From positions 30,001 through 62,000 of the forward strand of contig JBAYVT010000005.1 of the NCBI GenBank assembly GCA_041674405.1: a stretch of 32,000 bases of DNA, in the 5' to 3' direction. This DNA comes from Patescibacteria group bacterium. GTDB lineage: Bacteria > Patescibacteriota > UBA1384 > XYA2-FULL-43-10. The position numbers and the translations under genes are program-made. The stretch's first letter is position 1. Each line of letters opens with the position of its first letter. The notes under the pieces were generated by a model that was not told the DNA's origin, did no database searches, and saw only the letters and a program-made list of their open reading frames with translations. This document shows positions 8,502-18,047 of this stretch, piece by piece.

Positions 8502-11500
8502 TTAGAGTTGTACAGCTTTGCCCTCTTCTAGATCATCTGCGCTACTATTGTCTTTGCTTGCGGTTAAGCTCCCGTCATCTTTTTCGTCGACGACAGAGGT
8601 CCTAGTCGGTACTGGTTTTATTTCCGGAGCAATTTCAAGGCTGGTACTCTCCCCGACCGGTACCACAGAATTCTCTTCTTTCAAAATGCCAACATTATTT
8701 ACAACGGAGACATCCTTTTTTGTAGAATTTCCACCCTTGTTATTTTGGGGCTTATTTTTTTCTTTTTTCTTTTTTCCAGTCCCCTCTTTTTTATCTTCTT
8801 TTTTCAAGGAATCTTTTATCTTCTCATTCAATTCAATCATTTTGAGGCCGGCGGGTGTAATTTCCACCCCTGTTTCTGCCATTTTTTCTTCATCAATATC
8901 TTCACCCATGTACCATTTCACTCCGCCCCTGGCGGTTTGCTCTTTATAGATTTTATCTCCGATAATGTTTTGATATCTAAAAATGCGAGGTTTGCTTTCC
9001 TTCGCCTCAGCTGAATCAGCCTCCTCCTCTTTGGGTTCGGATTGCTCAACAACTTTCTCCGGTAATTCTTTTTCAATAACAGGCTCTGCTGAGACGGGTT
9101 TTGGTGCTACTTTTGTTTCCGTCGGTTTTTCCTCGGCCTTTTCTGCGGGTTTATATTCTTCAATACCTGGGGCAGTGATCGGTTTTTCTTCTGGTTTTTT
9201 CATTGTCAAAAGAGCTTCAAGGCCGCCTTCTTTAAACGCTTCGGCCTCTTTCTTTGCCTCCTCCTGTTCCTTTTTTCCGCGGTCTTCTATCGCCTGCTCC
9301 ACCTCCCCTCGTGTTGCAGAATATTTTTTATGGGACAGATCAATAATTTTCTCGGCATTGCCAGTAAGTTCCATCCGTGGAGGCAAAGTTCTGGCAGAAA
9401 ACGCTGGAGCAGAAACACCATCTATTAAAAGCTTGATGTATATGTTGAACTTATCCAAATTCACCAAATCATTAGCATCAAAAACCGGTTCGAATTCTTT
9501 TACTAGATAATCGGCGTCTGTCCCGCCAACCCTAAAGGAAATAATCGTACCAGCATTGCCGAAAACCGCGTCTCTCACCTCTTCCGGCATTTGGGTAATG
9601 TATTGGTTGGCGATATTTAGGTTAAGATGATATTTTCGAGCTTCAGACAAGATCACAGCGAAAGACTCAGTCGCAAAATTCTGAAACTCATCAACATAAA
9701 GATAGCAATCAGGTCTTTTGTCAACAGTGACATCGGCGCGGCTCATTGCAGCAAGCTGAATTTTTGTAATAAGCATTGCCCCCAGTAGCGCAGAGTTATC
9801 CTCACCTATTTTACCTCGAGACAAATTGACCACCATTATTTTTTCTTCATCCATAATTTGTCGGATATCTAGCGTAGATTTAGGCTGGCCAACGATATTT
9901 CTAATTGTAGCTGTTGACAAAAACTGGCCGACTTTATTCAAAATCGGCGAAACCGCCTCGGTCCTGAACTTGCTGTCGTATTGTGCAAATTCCATAGTCC
10001 AGAACTCGCGAATAACGGGGTCCTTCACCGCCTCAACAACTCTTTCGCGAAATCTTGTTTCAGTAAGCATTTTTGGAATATCAAGCATTGTTGAGTTCGG
10101 ATAATCAAGAAGAGCAAGGACAGTATTGCGAAGTATATGTTCAAGCCTCGGTCCCCAGGAATTTCCAAAGATCTTTTTGAAAATACCGACGAATCCGGAT
10201 GCGACCATTCCCTTAAAATCATCTTCCACATGTTCCAGAAGGTTAAATGCAATCGGGTAAGCTCTATCAGCCGGATCAAACACAACCACATCTTCAACTC
10301 GATTATCGGGGACGCAAGCTAATACTTTTTCTGCAAACTCACCATGTGGATCGACGATTATTACTCCCCTATTTTCAAGAACATCATCAACCGCCATATT
10401 CTCTAAAAATACTGATTTACCCGTACCAGACTTACCAATTACATATATGTGTCGCCTGCGATCATCCCGTTTGATACCAAAACGCCGATGGATATTTCGA
10501 AAAGTTGTCTCCCCTATTACTGTCAAATCTTCAGGAGGGGTATTTTCCGAAAGTGGCAAATTCGCTGGCGGCTCCCCTTTCTTTGATCCGGACCAGACAA
10601 TATTGGGCGTCTCTACCGATTTGTGGGGAAAGTGATAAAGAGATGCGAGTTCTCCGATATTGAAAACATATCCCTCATCCTCAAACACTCTGCCACAATA
10701 ATCTTGCCAAAATTCATGGTGATCGATTTCGATATCGCCGCTCTTGAACCCATTTAGATTTGTGGTGTTAAACTGCTTGAAAGCCGCAGCAATGCTCTGG
10801 GTTTTAACCTTCGCCGATACTTCATCTTGCGAAATCGACATAATTCTAATCTTGGTAGCAAATCCGAGTTTCATGATTTTCATTTCGATGGACTTAAGGG
10901 CATCTTCGACAGTTCCTGGGAGCTCTACCTTATTTTCACCGGGAGCCGCGATTTCCGCTCCAGGGGTAACGGCCTGAACAAAAATCATTTTCAAAACGTT
11001 GCCGAACATACCAAAGATCTTAGAGATTACACCACCTGCTCCCTGTTTCTTGCCGGAGCGCACAGCTGAAATTAACTTATTTCCCCTATCCTGCCACTCA
11101 TCCCCCACCGGACGAATCAAAATTTGCATCCAGACTTGTTCGCCAGGGTTCAATTTTGACATTACCGAGGTAATACCAGATATCGGGTCAACTTCAAAAT
11201 CAGAGAAAAGCTTAATCGGATAAACATCTGGCTTGGTCACTTTTAGCTCCGTTCCGGCAAAATGCACCTTGCCATCTCCAATTTCGGAAATATAATCAGA
11301 AACTTCATGAATTTCAACCGTCGGATATTGAGCATAAACTTGTCCCTCCACAAATTCCTTTAAGTGTTTCGGGACAAATACATAAAACTGAATATATTTA
11401 TCCTTTGCAACAATCTCAAAAGACATATGGTTTTGAAAGAGAGCATTCTCCGAATAAATGCCATGAATCGAAGCAAACATTTGCTCAGCAGCAAGCGGTG

Positions 11501-11663
11501 CTTTTTCATTGTTTCTAGGAACATCAATTCTGATTATTGTGTATTCCTGGGACGAAAGCCACGAAAGGCGCCGTTCATTTTGGCGAATCTTAAAAAACTG
11601 CAAGAGTGTATATACTCCCCCCAGAATTAGCACTAAATATAAGAAATATAAAAATATTGCCAT
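8502..11663 (-). CDS. HerA/VirD4 (TraG/TraD)-like membrane-associated P-loop ATPase with a long charged C-terminal tail
   Basis: N-terminal TM, Walker A YVIGKSGTGKSVFLENM, GVIIVDPHGEFAEKVL, Walker B CYLYVDEFQNFATESFAVILSEARKYHLNLNIANQYITQMPEEVRDAVFGNAGTIISFRVG. The C-terminal ~200 aa is K/E/P-rich. Confidence 0.85.
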   Translation of the reverse strand: MAIFLYFLYLVLILGGVYTLLQFFKIRQNERRLSWLSSQEYTIIRIDVPRNNEKAPLAAEQMFASIHGIYSENALFQNHMSFEIVAKDKYIQFYVFVPKHLKEFVEGQVYAQYPTVEIHEVSDYISEIGDGKVHFAGTELKVTKPDVYPIKLFSDFEVDPISGITSVMSKLNPGEQVWMQILIRPVGDEWQDRGNKLISAVRSGKKQGAGGVISKIFGMFGNVLKMIFVQAVTPGAEIAAPGENKVELPGTVEDALKSIEMKIMKLGFATKIRIMSISQDEVSAKVKTQSIAAAFKQFNTTNLNGFKSGDIEIDHHEFWQDYCGRVFEDEGYVFNIGELASLYHFPHKSVETPNIVWSGSKKGEPPANLPLSENTPPEDLTVIGETTFRNIHRRFGIKRDDRRRHIYVIGKSGTGKSVFLENMAVDDVLENRGVIIVDPHGEFAEKVLACVPDNRVEDVVVFDPADRAYPIAFNLLEHVEDDFKGMVASGFVGIFKKIFGNSWGPRLEHILRNTVLALLDYPNSTMLDIPKMLTETRFRERVVEAVKDPVIREFWTMEFAQYDSKFRTEAVSPILNKVGQFLSTATIRNIVGQPKSTLDIRQIMDEEKIMVVNLSRGKIGEDNSALLGAMLITKIQLAAMSRADVTVDKRPDCYLYVDEFQNFATESFAVILSEARKYHLNLNIANQYITQMPEEVRDAVFGNAGTIISFRVGGTDADYLVKEFEPVFDANDLVNLDKFNIYIKLLIDGVSAPAFSARTLPPRMELTGNAEKIIDLSHKKYSATRGEVEQAIEDRGKKEQEEAKKEAEAFKEGGLEALLTMKKPEEKPITAPGIEEYKPAEKAEEKPTETKVAPKPVSAEPVIEKELPEKVVEQSEPKEEEADSAEAKESKPRIFRYQNIIGDKIYKEQTARGGVKWYMGEDIDEEKMAETGVEITPAGLKMIELNEKIKDSLKKEDKKEGTGKKKKEKNKPQNNKGGNSTKKDVSVVNNVGILKEENSVVPVGESTSLEIAPEIKPVPTRTSVVDEKDDGSLTASKDNSSADDLEEGKAVQL

Positions 11664-11708
11664 CCTGATACCAATTTTATCATGAATTGCACTTTAATTA
11701 AAAGTGAA

Positions 11709-12731
11709 TTATGCCAGGATATATTTACTTGATCCAATTTTCTTAAATTCGCTTTGGTTTTGCAGATTGATAAGAACTGTATTTTTTCTTACTTGGCGTT
11801 GTTTCAAAACTTCCTTGTAAATATCTGAGAAATCCATAGCGCCGTCTTCCTGCTTCAAAACGGCAATTATGATATCTTTAACCGTTCCCGGGGCGTATCC
11901 CCACTCTTTTAGTGCGTATATGCCGCGGCCAATCAACACAAAACGAGCGTCGGCAATGAGTTCGTTGTGAACAGTTGCGGGAACTACTTTTTTCTTATCA
12001 AATTGTTCTTCTGAGATTACCTTTGCAATATCGGTAAAATGCATCGGTTTTTTATTTTTGCGAAGAACGTAGTAAATTTTATCCCTGACCGTTCTTGGGT
12101 TGACTTCCGGCCATTCGGAAAGACCAAGAGATCCTTCGTAGTCCTCAACAATTTTTTTTGAAATTCTCGGCAAATATGACAAAAATGAAATTTTATGAAC
12201 TTTGTGATTCGGGTGTGCATCAATTAATATATCTAACTTTTGGGGGCTTTTCTGTTTCTTTAAATAATTTGCCCAATCGCGAAGAATTTTAATTACTTCA
12301 TCTTTGGATAAATCATTCAAAATCCAGCTTTCATGTAATTCGTCATGTTTTTCGATTGCTTGAACTTCGGGAACAACTTTAATAATCAAGTTCAACGAGT
12401 TTATTTCCTCGTCTTTTGCAAGAGCCTGGCTTTCTAGTACTTTCGCCGCTATATCCTCTTTGTGAATAATACCTTGTGTTTTGATTTCTCCCAAAATGTC
12501 ACCGGCAAGAGCAGAGTTCTCTTCGGCAATATACTTAGCAACTTTTTTAAGCCCTTCTTTTTCAATTTGCCTGATTCTTTCTCGCGATAGGTGCAAATCT
12601 CTGCCAATAGATGATAGAGTTCTCCCCCTGCCATCAATTCCGAAACGACCACGAATGACCAGGGCTTCTTTTTCTTTAAGCCCTGATGTCGCCTTGTCAA
12701 TAATAGTTTTTGCCGACCTGATTTTTTCCAT
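11709..12731 (-). CDS. Regulator with N-terminal sigma-70 region 4-like domain and C-terminal HARE-HTH-like domain
   Basis: LKEKEALVIRGRFGIDGRGRTLSSIGRDLHLSRERIRQIEKEGLKKV (sigma region 4) and KKPMHFTDIAKVISEE…VHNELIADARFVLIGRGIYALKEWGY (HARE-HTH-like). No region 2 visible. Confidence 0.8.
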   Translation of the reverse strand: MEKIRSAKTIIDKATSGLKEKEALVIRGRFGIDGRGRTLSSIGRDLHLSRERIRQIEKEGLKKVAKYIAEENSALAGDILGEIKTQGIIHKEDIAAKVLESQALAKDEEINSLNLIIKVVPEVQAIEKHDELHESWILNDLSKDEVIKILRDWANYLKKQKSPQKLDILIDAHPNHKVHKISFLSYLPRISKKIVEDYEGSLGLSEWPEVNPRTVRDKIYYVLRKNKKPMHFTDIAKVISEEQFDKKKVVPATVHNELIADARFVLIGRGIYALKEWGYAPGTVKDIIIAVLKQEDGAMDFSDIYKEVLKQRQVRKNTVLINLQNQSEFKKIGSSKYILA

Positions 12732-12742
12732 CTTGTTTCTTT

Positions 12743-13240
12743 CTAGATTAGATTATCAACCGCAGCCCAGACTGATTCCTGGTCTTTTGGAACAATTATT
12801 CCAAGGCTGTCCCCTGTTTTGGCTTTAAAATATGTTACGGAAGCTAAAAGAACTTTGTACTTTTTTCCTTCAACATCGACTTGATATTCGCCGTCACCAG
12901 TTTCTTCCAATGTGCCAATCAAGTTCTTTCTGGGAACGGGACCGATTTGCTTGTAAACAAACTTGCCATCCTCAGAAATGGTTAGCTTGAGAATATCTCC
13001 CTCAATGAGCTTTGATTTTGACGCATAATTTGGCGGAACTTGATAGGTTTTTTTATCAGAAGAAATCATTTTTTCACCATCAAAAACTCCCTGAATTACC
13101 TCCCCATCATCTTCTGTTTCAAGTAGTGTCGCTTTTTTGTTTATTTCTGATGCGAAAAGTTTCGATTTGATAGCCCTGATCTGGTTCTCACAGGAATCAA
13201 GCAATTTCCTTATTTCTTCAAGATCGTTTTTGGCGACCAT
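12743..13240 (-). CDS. Conserved hypothetical protein; coiled-coil N-term and a beta-rich C-terminal part
   Basis: Probable start at MVAKNDLEEIRKLLDSCENQIR (13240), not the listed 13312. No recognised domain. Confidence 0.65.
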   Translation of the reverse strand: MVAKNDLEEIRKLLDSCENQIRAIKSKLFASEINKKATLLETEDDGEVIQGVFDGEKMISSDKKTYQVPPNYASKSKLIEGDILKLTISEDGKFVYKQIGPVPRKNLIGTLEETGDGEYQVDVEGKKYKVLLASVTYFKAKTGDSLGIIVPKDQESVWAAVDNLI

Positions 13241-13332
13241 ATTGGCCTTTCGTTTTATTTCAGTTTTGCTATTCTCAGCTATCACATTACCACAATAATG
13301 AACTTGAGTCAACGTTTTTGCCGCTAGTTGTT

Positions 13333-13391
13333 AGTTTCTAGTTTCAGGAAAAACTCAATAATAAAATCAAGCCTTCTACAAACTAGAAACT
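13333..13391. repeat. 12-bp inverted repeat AGTTTCTAGTTT … AAACTAGAAACT
   Basis: 13333-13344 and 13380-13391, in the intergenic space. Confidence 0.7.
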
Positions 13392-13410
13392 GGCTACTAG
13401 AAGCTATCTG

Positions 13411-15954
13411 CTATCCCAATACTCCCTTAATGTTTCCCTCACCAATACCAGGAAGATCAATTACATCTACTTTTGACCTATCGCGAATTTCTTGGTCAAC
13501 TATTTCGCGGGGTTTGCCATACTTTAATCGGGACAATTCAACCATAGCACTTCCCAATTTCTTGTTTTCGTTTTGATCAGGAGCAACGCTTGCCGCGTTA
13601 AACGGCCTCGTTGGCGCTCCGTCAATAAGCATTTTGATATAAAAATTGTATTTATCAATTGTCGTCATGTCGTCGATTTTTAATGGATCAAACTCTTTGA
13701 TAAGAAATTCAGCATCGACGGCCCCGATCCGGAAAGCCACCAACGTGCCGGCGTTTCCCATAACAGCATCTCTGATTTTTTCATCCAATTGCGCCACATA
13801 CTGGTTTGTAATATTGAGCGAAAGTTTATATTTTCTAGATTCAGAAAGGATAGTTGCAAACACATCCGTGATAAAGTTTTGAAACTCGTCCACATAAAGA
13901 TAAAACGGGGTTCTGTCTTTTTCATTTGTGTCCTGCCGCGAAAATGCTCCCATTGCAATTTTGGATACAATTATCATTCCAAGAAGAAAAGCATTTATCT
14001 CCCCTATCAATCCCTTTGATAGATTGCAAATCAATATCTTTTTTCCATCCATAACTTCTCGAAAGTCGAAGGCTGATTTATTTTGGCCAATAATATTTCT
14101 CATCATGTCATTGGTCATAAATCGTCCAAATTTCGAAGTAAAATAGTTCAACATTTCTGACTTGTGAAAATCTGAAGTTTTTGCCATTTGTTTTTGCCAA
14201 AACGCCTTAACGACAGGATCTGTAACATTTTTCACGCACTCTTTTTCAAAATCCGGATCAGTAAACAGCCTAGGAATGTCAACGATTGTGCCCCCTTCTG
14301 GCTGAACCATTAAGGTAAGGGCGGCATTCCTCATCCAATGTTCGAATTGCGGGCCCACAATGCCGGTTTGGCCCGGATCAAACAATTTATAAAACATCTG
14401 AATTGTTTCCTGAACCAAGAAATCTCTCTGCTCCGGTGTCTTCCACTCAAGCATATTAAGCCCCATCGGCCGTTCAATATCCGCCGGGTTAAAATAGATG
14501 ACGTCTTCCGCCCGTTCTTTGGGGATGCGGTTTAATATGTATTCAGCAGCGTCGCCATTCGGGTCAAGATATGCCACTCCCCGGCCTTCGCGGATGTCTT
14601 GCATAATCATGTTTTCAAAAAGAACGGTTTTACCAACGCCGGTTTTACCAATCATATATATATGGCGTAGCCGATCTTCTTCTTTTATTCTGACCGGCTT
14701 TGTTTCTCCACGATAAATGCTGTTGCCAATAATCGTTCCTTCGTCTGGCAGATTTGAAGGCGGAGCCTGTCTTTTTGCCAAAAGCCAAGCGACATTTGGC
14801 GTTTCGACAAATCTATTTGGCATGTGAATTATCGAGGCCAACTCTTCTGTGTTTAAAATCATTTTCAAACCAGCGCCGAAAATCCTAAAAATATAATTTC
14901 CCACTTCCCTACCCTTGTTTTTAGCTTTTTTGGGAAGAATGTTATTTGAGTCCGGTGCATTAAATTGGGAAAACGCACTAGCAATATTCTTTGCATTTAG
15001 CTTCGCTTCTTCGGCCGTTTTTGCAACCGCCACAATCCTAACTTGAACATCAAACCCTATCTTTGCCGCTTTTTCTCCTAAAAGTTTTACCTGCGCTTCT
15101 TGCATCGGCGTCTGCTTATACGGGTTCTGTGGGTTATACATTGGATCATGCTGGCCATCTTTGTCACCAGGTTTTACCGCATTGTTGCCAACTTTTCCAA
15201 TAAAATTAAAGAAGGTTTCTGTCGCCCTTACGGTTTTATTATTAGAATACGAAAGCCTGGTTTTGCCTTGTTGGATATTGTAGGCCGCTTTCTCTGAACC
15301 CACTCGCCAAACCTGATTGTTTGGACGGATCATGACTTGTATTCCCGCTGACTCATCTTCGGACAATTTGGAAAGCGAATTGGTGATTGCATTCAGGGGG
15401 TCTTCCTCCAGATTTTTATATGTCCGAATTGGAAAAATATATCTGCGAGCAAGGATCAGTGTTAGAATTTCGATAGGCAGGGGCTTATCTGGAAAAATCG
15501 AGTAATCAAGATCGCGATCGATATTTGCTTCAGGATATTGCGCATGCAGGTTTTTCTCCACAATCTCAGCAATTGTCGTAGGGCAACCGATATAGAAAAA
15601 TATTTTGCCGTTTTTTGCAATTATCTCCATAGAAATGTGGTCTTGGCCCGTAATGGATTTTTTTAAATCTTTGTCAAACAAAGAGTTTATGCTGGCATAG
15701 AAAGGTTCAATCACAGAAAGCATCTCCTGAAAATTTTTGCGCTGGTCATCTTCACTGGCGTGTGGCTCCTTCGGCACGGAAACTCTAAGCATAGTCCAAT
15801 CTTCAACCAATTCAAGCTGTTTTCTGTGCAAAAATGCATTACGAATTTTTTTATACAGAAAACTGATTACAATGATGATTGCTATTATTGCGAGAGGCCA
15901 AATCCACCAAGGCGCCCCTCCTCCGGTATCGTAATAATTGGGATCTGAATACAT
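13411..15954 (-). CDS. Second HerA/VirD4-like membrane-associated P-loop ATPase (paralog of 8502..11663)
   Basis: N-terminal TM, Walker A YMIGKTGVGKTVLFENM, GVAYLDPNGDAAEYIL, Walker B FYLYVDEFQNFITDVFATILSESRKYKLSLNITNQYVAQLDEKIRDAVMGNAGTLVAFRIG. Colinear motifs with the first ATPase. Confidence 0.85.
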   Translation of the reverse strand: MYSDPNYYDTGGGAPWWIWPLAIIAIIIVISFLYKKIRNAFLHRKQLELVEDWTMLRVSVPKEPHASEDDQRKNFQEMLSVIEPFYASINSLFDKDLKKSITGQDHISMEIIAKNGKIFFYIGCPTTIAEIVEKNLHAQYPEANIDRDLDYSIFPDKPLPIEILTLILARRYIFPIRTYKNLEEDPLNAITNSLSKLSEDESAGIQVMIRPNNQVWRVGSEKAAYNIQQGKTRLSYSNNKTVRATETFFNFIGKVGNNAVKPGDKDGQHDPMYNPQNPYKQTPMQEAQVKLLGEKAAKIGFDVQVRIVAVAKTAEEAKLNAKNIASAFSQFNAPDSNNILPKKAKNKGREVGNYIFRIFGAGLKMILNTEELASIIHMPNRFVETPNVAWLLAKRQAPPSNLPDEGTIIGNSIYRGETKPVRIKEEDRLRHIYMIGKTGVGKTVLFENMIMQDIREGRGVAYLDPNGDAAEYILNRIPKERAEDVIYFNPADIERPMGLNMLEWKTPEQRDFLVQETIQMFYKLFDPGQTGIVGPQFEHWMRNAALTLMVQPEGGTIVDIPRLFTDPDFEKECVKNVTDPVVKAFWQKQMAKTSDFHKSEMLNYFTSKFGRFMTNDMMRNIIGQNKSAFDFREVMDGKKILICNLSKGLIGEINAFLLGMIIVSKIAMGAFSRQDTNEKDRTPFYLYVDEFQNFITDVFATILSESRKYKLSLNITNQYVAQLDEKIRDAVMGNAGTLVAFRIGAVDAEFLIKEFDPLKIDDMTTIDKYNFYIKMLIDGAPTRPFNAASVAPDQNENKKLGSAMVELSRLKYGKPREIVDQEIRDRSKVDVIDLPGIGEGNIKGVLG

Positions 15955-16039
15955 TCGGAAATTTCTAATTTCTAATGACCAATTTTTTAATCCCTAAATT
16001 TTTTAGTTATTAGATTTTAGTTATTAATTATTAACTAAA

Positions 16040-17635
16040 TTATGCCGCTTTTCTCAGTTGCTCTTCTTCCGATGCTTCGCGTCTTGCATCCGCCGCCATT
16101 TCTTCAATATCATGAACCTGTTTTGATGACACTTCGGAAGAACGAGCTAGGCCAGCCGCCCAATTTCTGAACCGGGCAGATAACGGCAATTTCGGCCCGC
16201 TAGCTTGTTTCTGTGTGCCTATGGGAATTTCACGGCTAGACTGAGAAGAAATATCCACCGGCTGAATCTCCCCTATGACACCTTCTTTCTTTTTATCTTC
16301 TGTCGGCTCAATAATTTTAGCATGCGGTTCTTTTTCAAGGGTAGGCAGGGGCCCCGGTTCCGCTTCAACGCTGGCCACAATATGATCTTGCGGTACCTCT
16401 ACCAATTTTACTTCATCCTTTTTAGCCTGAATGTCTCCACTTTCCACTTGTTCATGTCCTTCTGCTTCTGTCTGATTTGGCAATACGGGCTGTGTTTCAA
16501 TAACAGGGGCTTCTGTTCTTGGCAGAGGTTCTTCTTCTACATTATCAATTGTAATATTACCACCGGTATTATTTGCCTCATTTATTAACTTAAGGGCCTT
16601 TTCTCTTGCCGGATTTACAAATTCTGGAGCGCTGGCCTTTATGCGACCGCTAGCTGCCGGTTTTTCTCCGCGCAATATTCTAATTTCTTTGCCCCCATCA
16701 AGTGTTTCCGCGTCTAACTCTTTTTTTGGTTTTAAGGTCGGATCCAAAGGTTTGGCCGCTGGAGCTTCTGCTAACGGCTGATCCATAAGGCCATCAAGTT
16801 CTTCCACGACCACTGCCGCAGAATCATCAGCCCCACTGGCTGCATCCTTTGCTTGTTGTTCTGGATCAAGATTTCTGGCCCCTGAAACAGGCTCGTCTTC
16901 ATCACGAAGTTCAATTGCTGAAACTTTGGGAGCTTGGGGCAACGAGTTTTTTATTGCTTTAACGGCGATCTCCAAATTTTTACTATGGTCCAATCCCCTT
17001 TTGTTAAGATCGCGCCTAGCAAGATCCTTGTTTACAACATCGCTTTTCGGAGGCAAGTCTTGGTCAAATTTCTCTATTCCTCCGGAAACGTTTCTGCCCT
17101 GCTCACTTAGCACTCCCCCATCTGGACCAATTGAAACAATTTCCTCCACTTTGGCTGGGCCTTTGGGTAATTCTTCACGAGCGACCTCAGGCTCAACCGC
17201 AGGCTTTGCAACCTCTGGTTCCAATTCATCTGGACCGAGATATTCCAATTTGGGCCGCGAAATCTCTTCGGCTGGCTTAGCTTCTTCAGGTTCTATTCTC
17301 GTCGAAGCAACTGGCTCCGGATCAATTTTTTTTCTTCCCGCCATCCTTTCAAGCCGCAATCTAACCCTCTCCGGAACGGATATCGGAGTTTTCGCCTCAG
17401 CGTGCACGTCTGTTTCAGCCATAGAAATCGTGACATCTGTACCTTCAGTTGTATCGTCTGGGCCAATCATATATTCATTCAGTAAGGCTCTTTTTTCCTC
17501 AGGTGAAGCACTTGCCAATCTCTCTTTGAGATGCAAAAACAAACCAACATCAGGCTCTTGATGTTCGGAATTTGAAAATGCCTGGGCAATGCCGATTAAA
17601 CTTCCATCCTTCTTCTCGGGGTCACTACTTGCCAT
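16040..17635 (-). CDS. Hypothetical, largely disordered acidic Pro/Glu/Ala-rich protein
   Basis: Long ORF in the polycistronic minus cluster; overlaps the upstream ORF by 11 nt. Low-complexity PVE/EPE/AKP composition; no recognisable domain. Confidence 0.75.
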   Translation of the reverse strand: MASSDPEKKDGSLIGIAQAFSNSEHQEPDVGLFLHLKERLASASPEEKRALLNEYMIGPDDTTEGTDVTISMAETDVHAEAKTPISVPERVRLRLERMAGRKKIDPEPVASTRIEPEEAKPAEEISRPKLEYLGPDELEPEVAKPAVEPEVAREELPKGPAKVEEIVSIGPDGGVLSEQGRNVSGGIEKFDQDLPPKSDVVNKDLARRDLNKRGLDHSKNLEIAVKAIKNSLPQAPKVSAIELRDEDEPVSGARNLDPEQQAKDAASGADDSAAVVVEELDGLMDQPLAEAPAAKPLDPTLKPKKELDAETLDGGKEIRILRGEKPAASGRIKASAPEFVNPAREKALKLINEANNTGGNITIDNVEEEPLPRTEAPVIETQPVLPNQTEAEGHEQVESGDIQAKKDEVKLVEVPQDHIVASVEAEPGPLPTLEKEPHAKIIEPTEDKKKEGVIGEIQPVDISSQSSREIPIGTQKQASGPKLPLSARFRNWAAGLARSSEVSSKQVHDIEEMAADARREASEEEQLRKAA

Positions 17636-18029
17636 CTTTGACAGGTGCCTTTCTTAAAAGCTCGTCCTTAATATCCATGAGCTCTTTTAGGATTTTATCT
17701 TCATATCCCGGAATATTTGCTTTCACAAAATCGTTAATCTCAGCCGCATCCGCTTTTTGGGCAATTTCCGAAAATTCCGCAACTTTGCCCTCCGGCAGAT
17801 AAAGCATAATTACATTGAGAATTCTCGCGTTAACGAGCTCCTCCATCTTCTTTTCTACCTGTTCTCTTTCAACATCTGAGATACCGGAGTTCTTGCCAAA
17901 TCCAAGATCCTCCATTAATCTCTCTTTGTACATTTGAATGGTGGCAGCAACATCGGCCTTATCGCCGCTAGATTGGTCCGAATTTGCATCGTTCATATTT
18001 GTTTGTAGATTGTCATCCAAATCGGCCAT
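17625..18029 (-). CDS. Small hypothetical acidic protein (possibly DUF5663-like)
   Basis: MYKERLMEDLGFGKNSGISDVEREQVEKKMEELVNARILNVIMLYLPEGKVAEFSEIAQKAD… The family resemblance is from memory and uncertain. Confidence 0.65.
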   Translation of the reverse strand: MADLDDNLQTNMNDANSDQSSGDKADVAATIQMYKERLMEDLGFGKNSGISDVEREQVEKKMEELVNARILNVIMLYLPEGKVAEFSEIAQKADAAEINDFVKANIPGYEDKILKELMDIKDELLRKAPVKDGK

Positions 18030-18047
18030 ATTCCCTCCAATATATAA

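Noticed and set aside
8518-9510. Plus-strand ORFs (143, 89 and 175 aa) rich in Ser/Phe
   Set aside because: Antisense of the charged C-terminal tail of the ATPase gene.
16926-17561. 211-aa plus-strand ORF
   Set aside because: Ser-rich antisense shadow of the P/E-rich minus-strand ORF 16040..17635.
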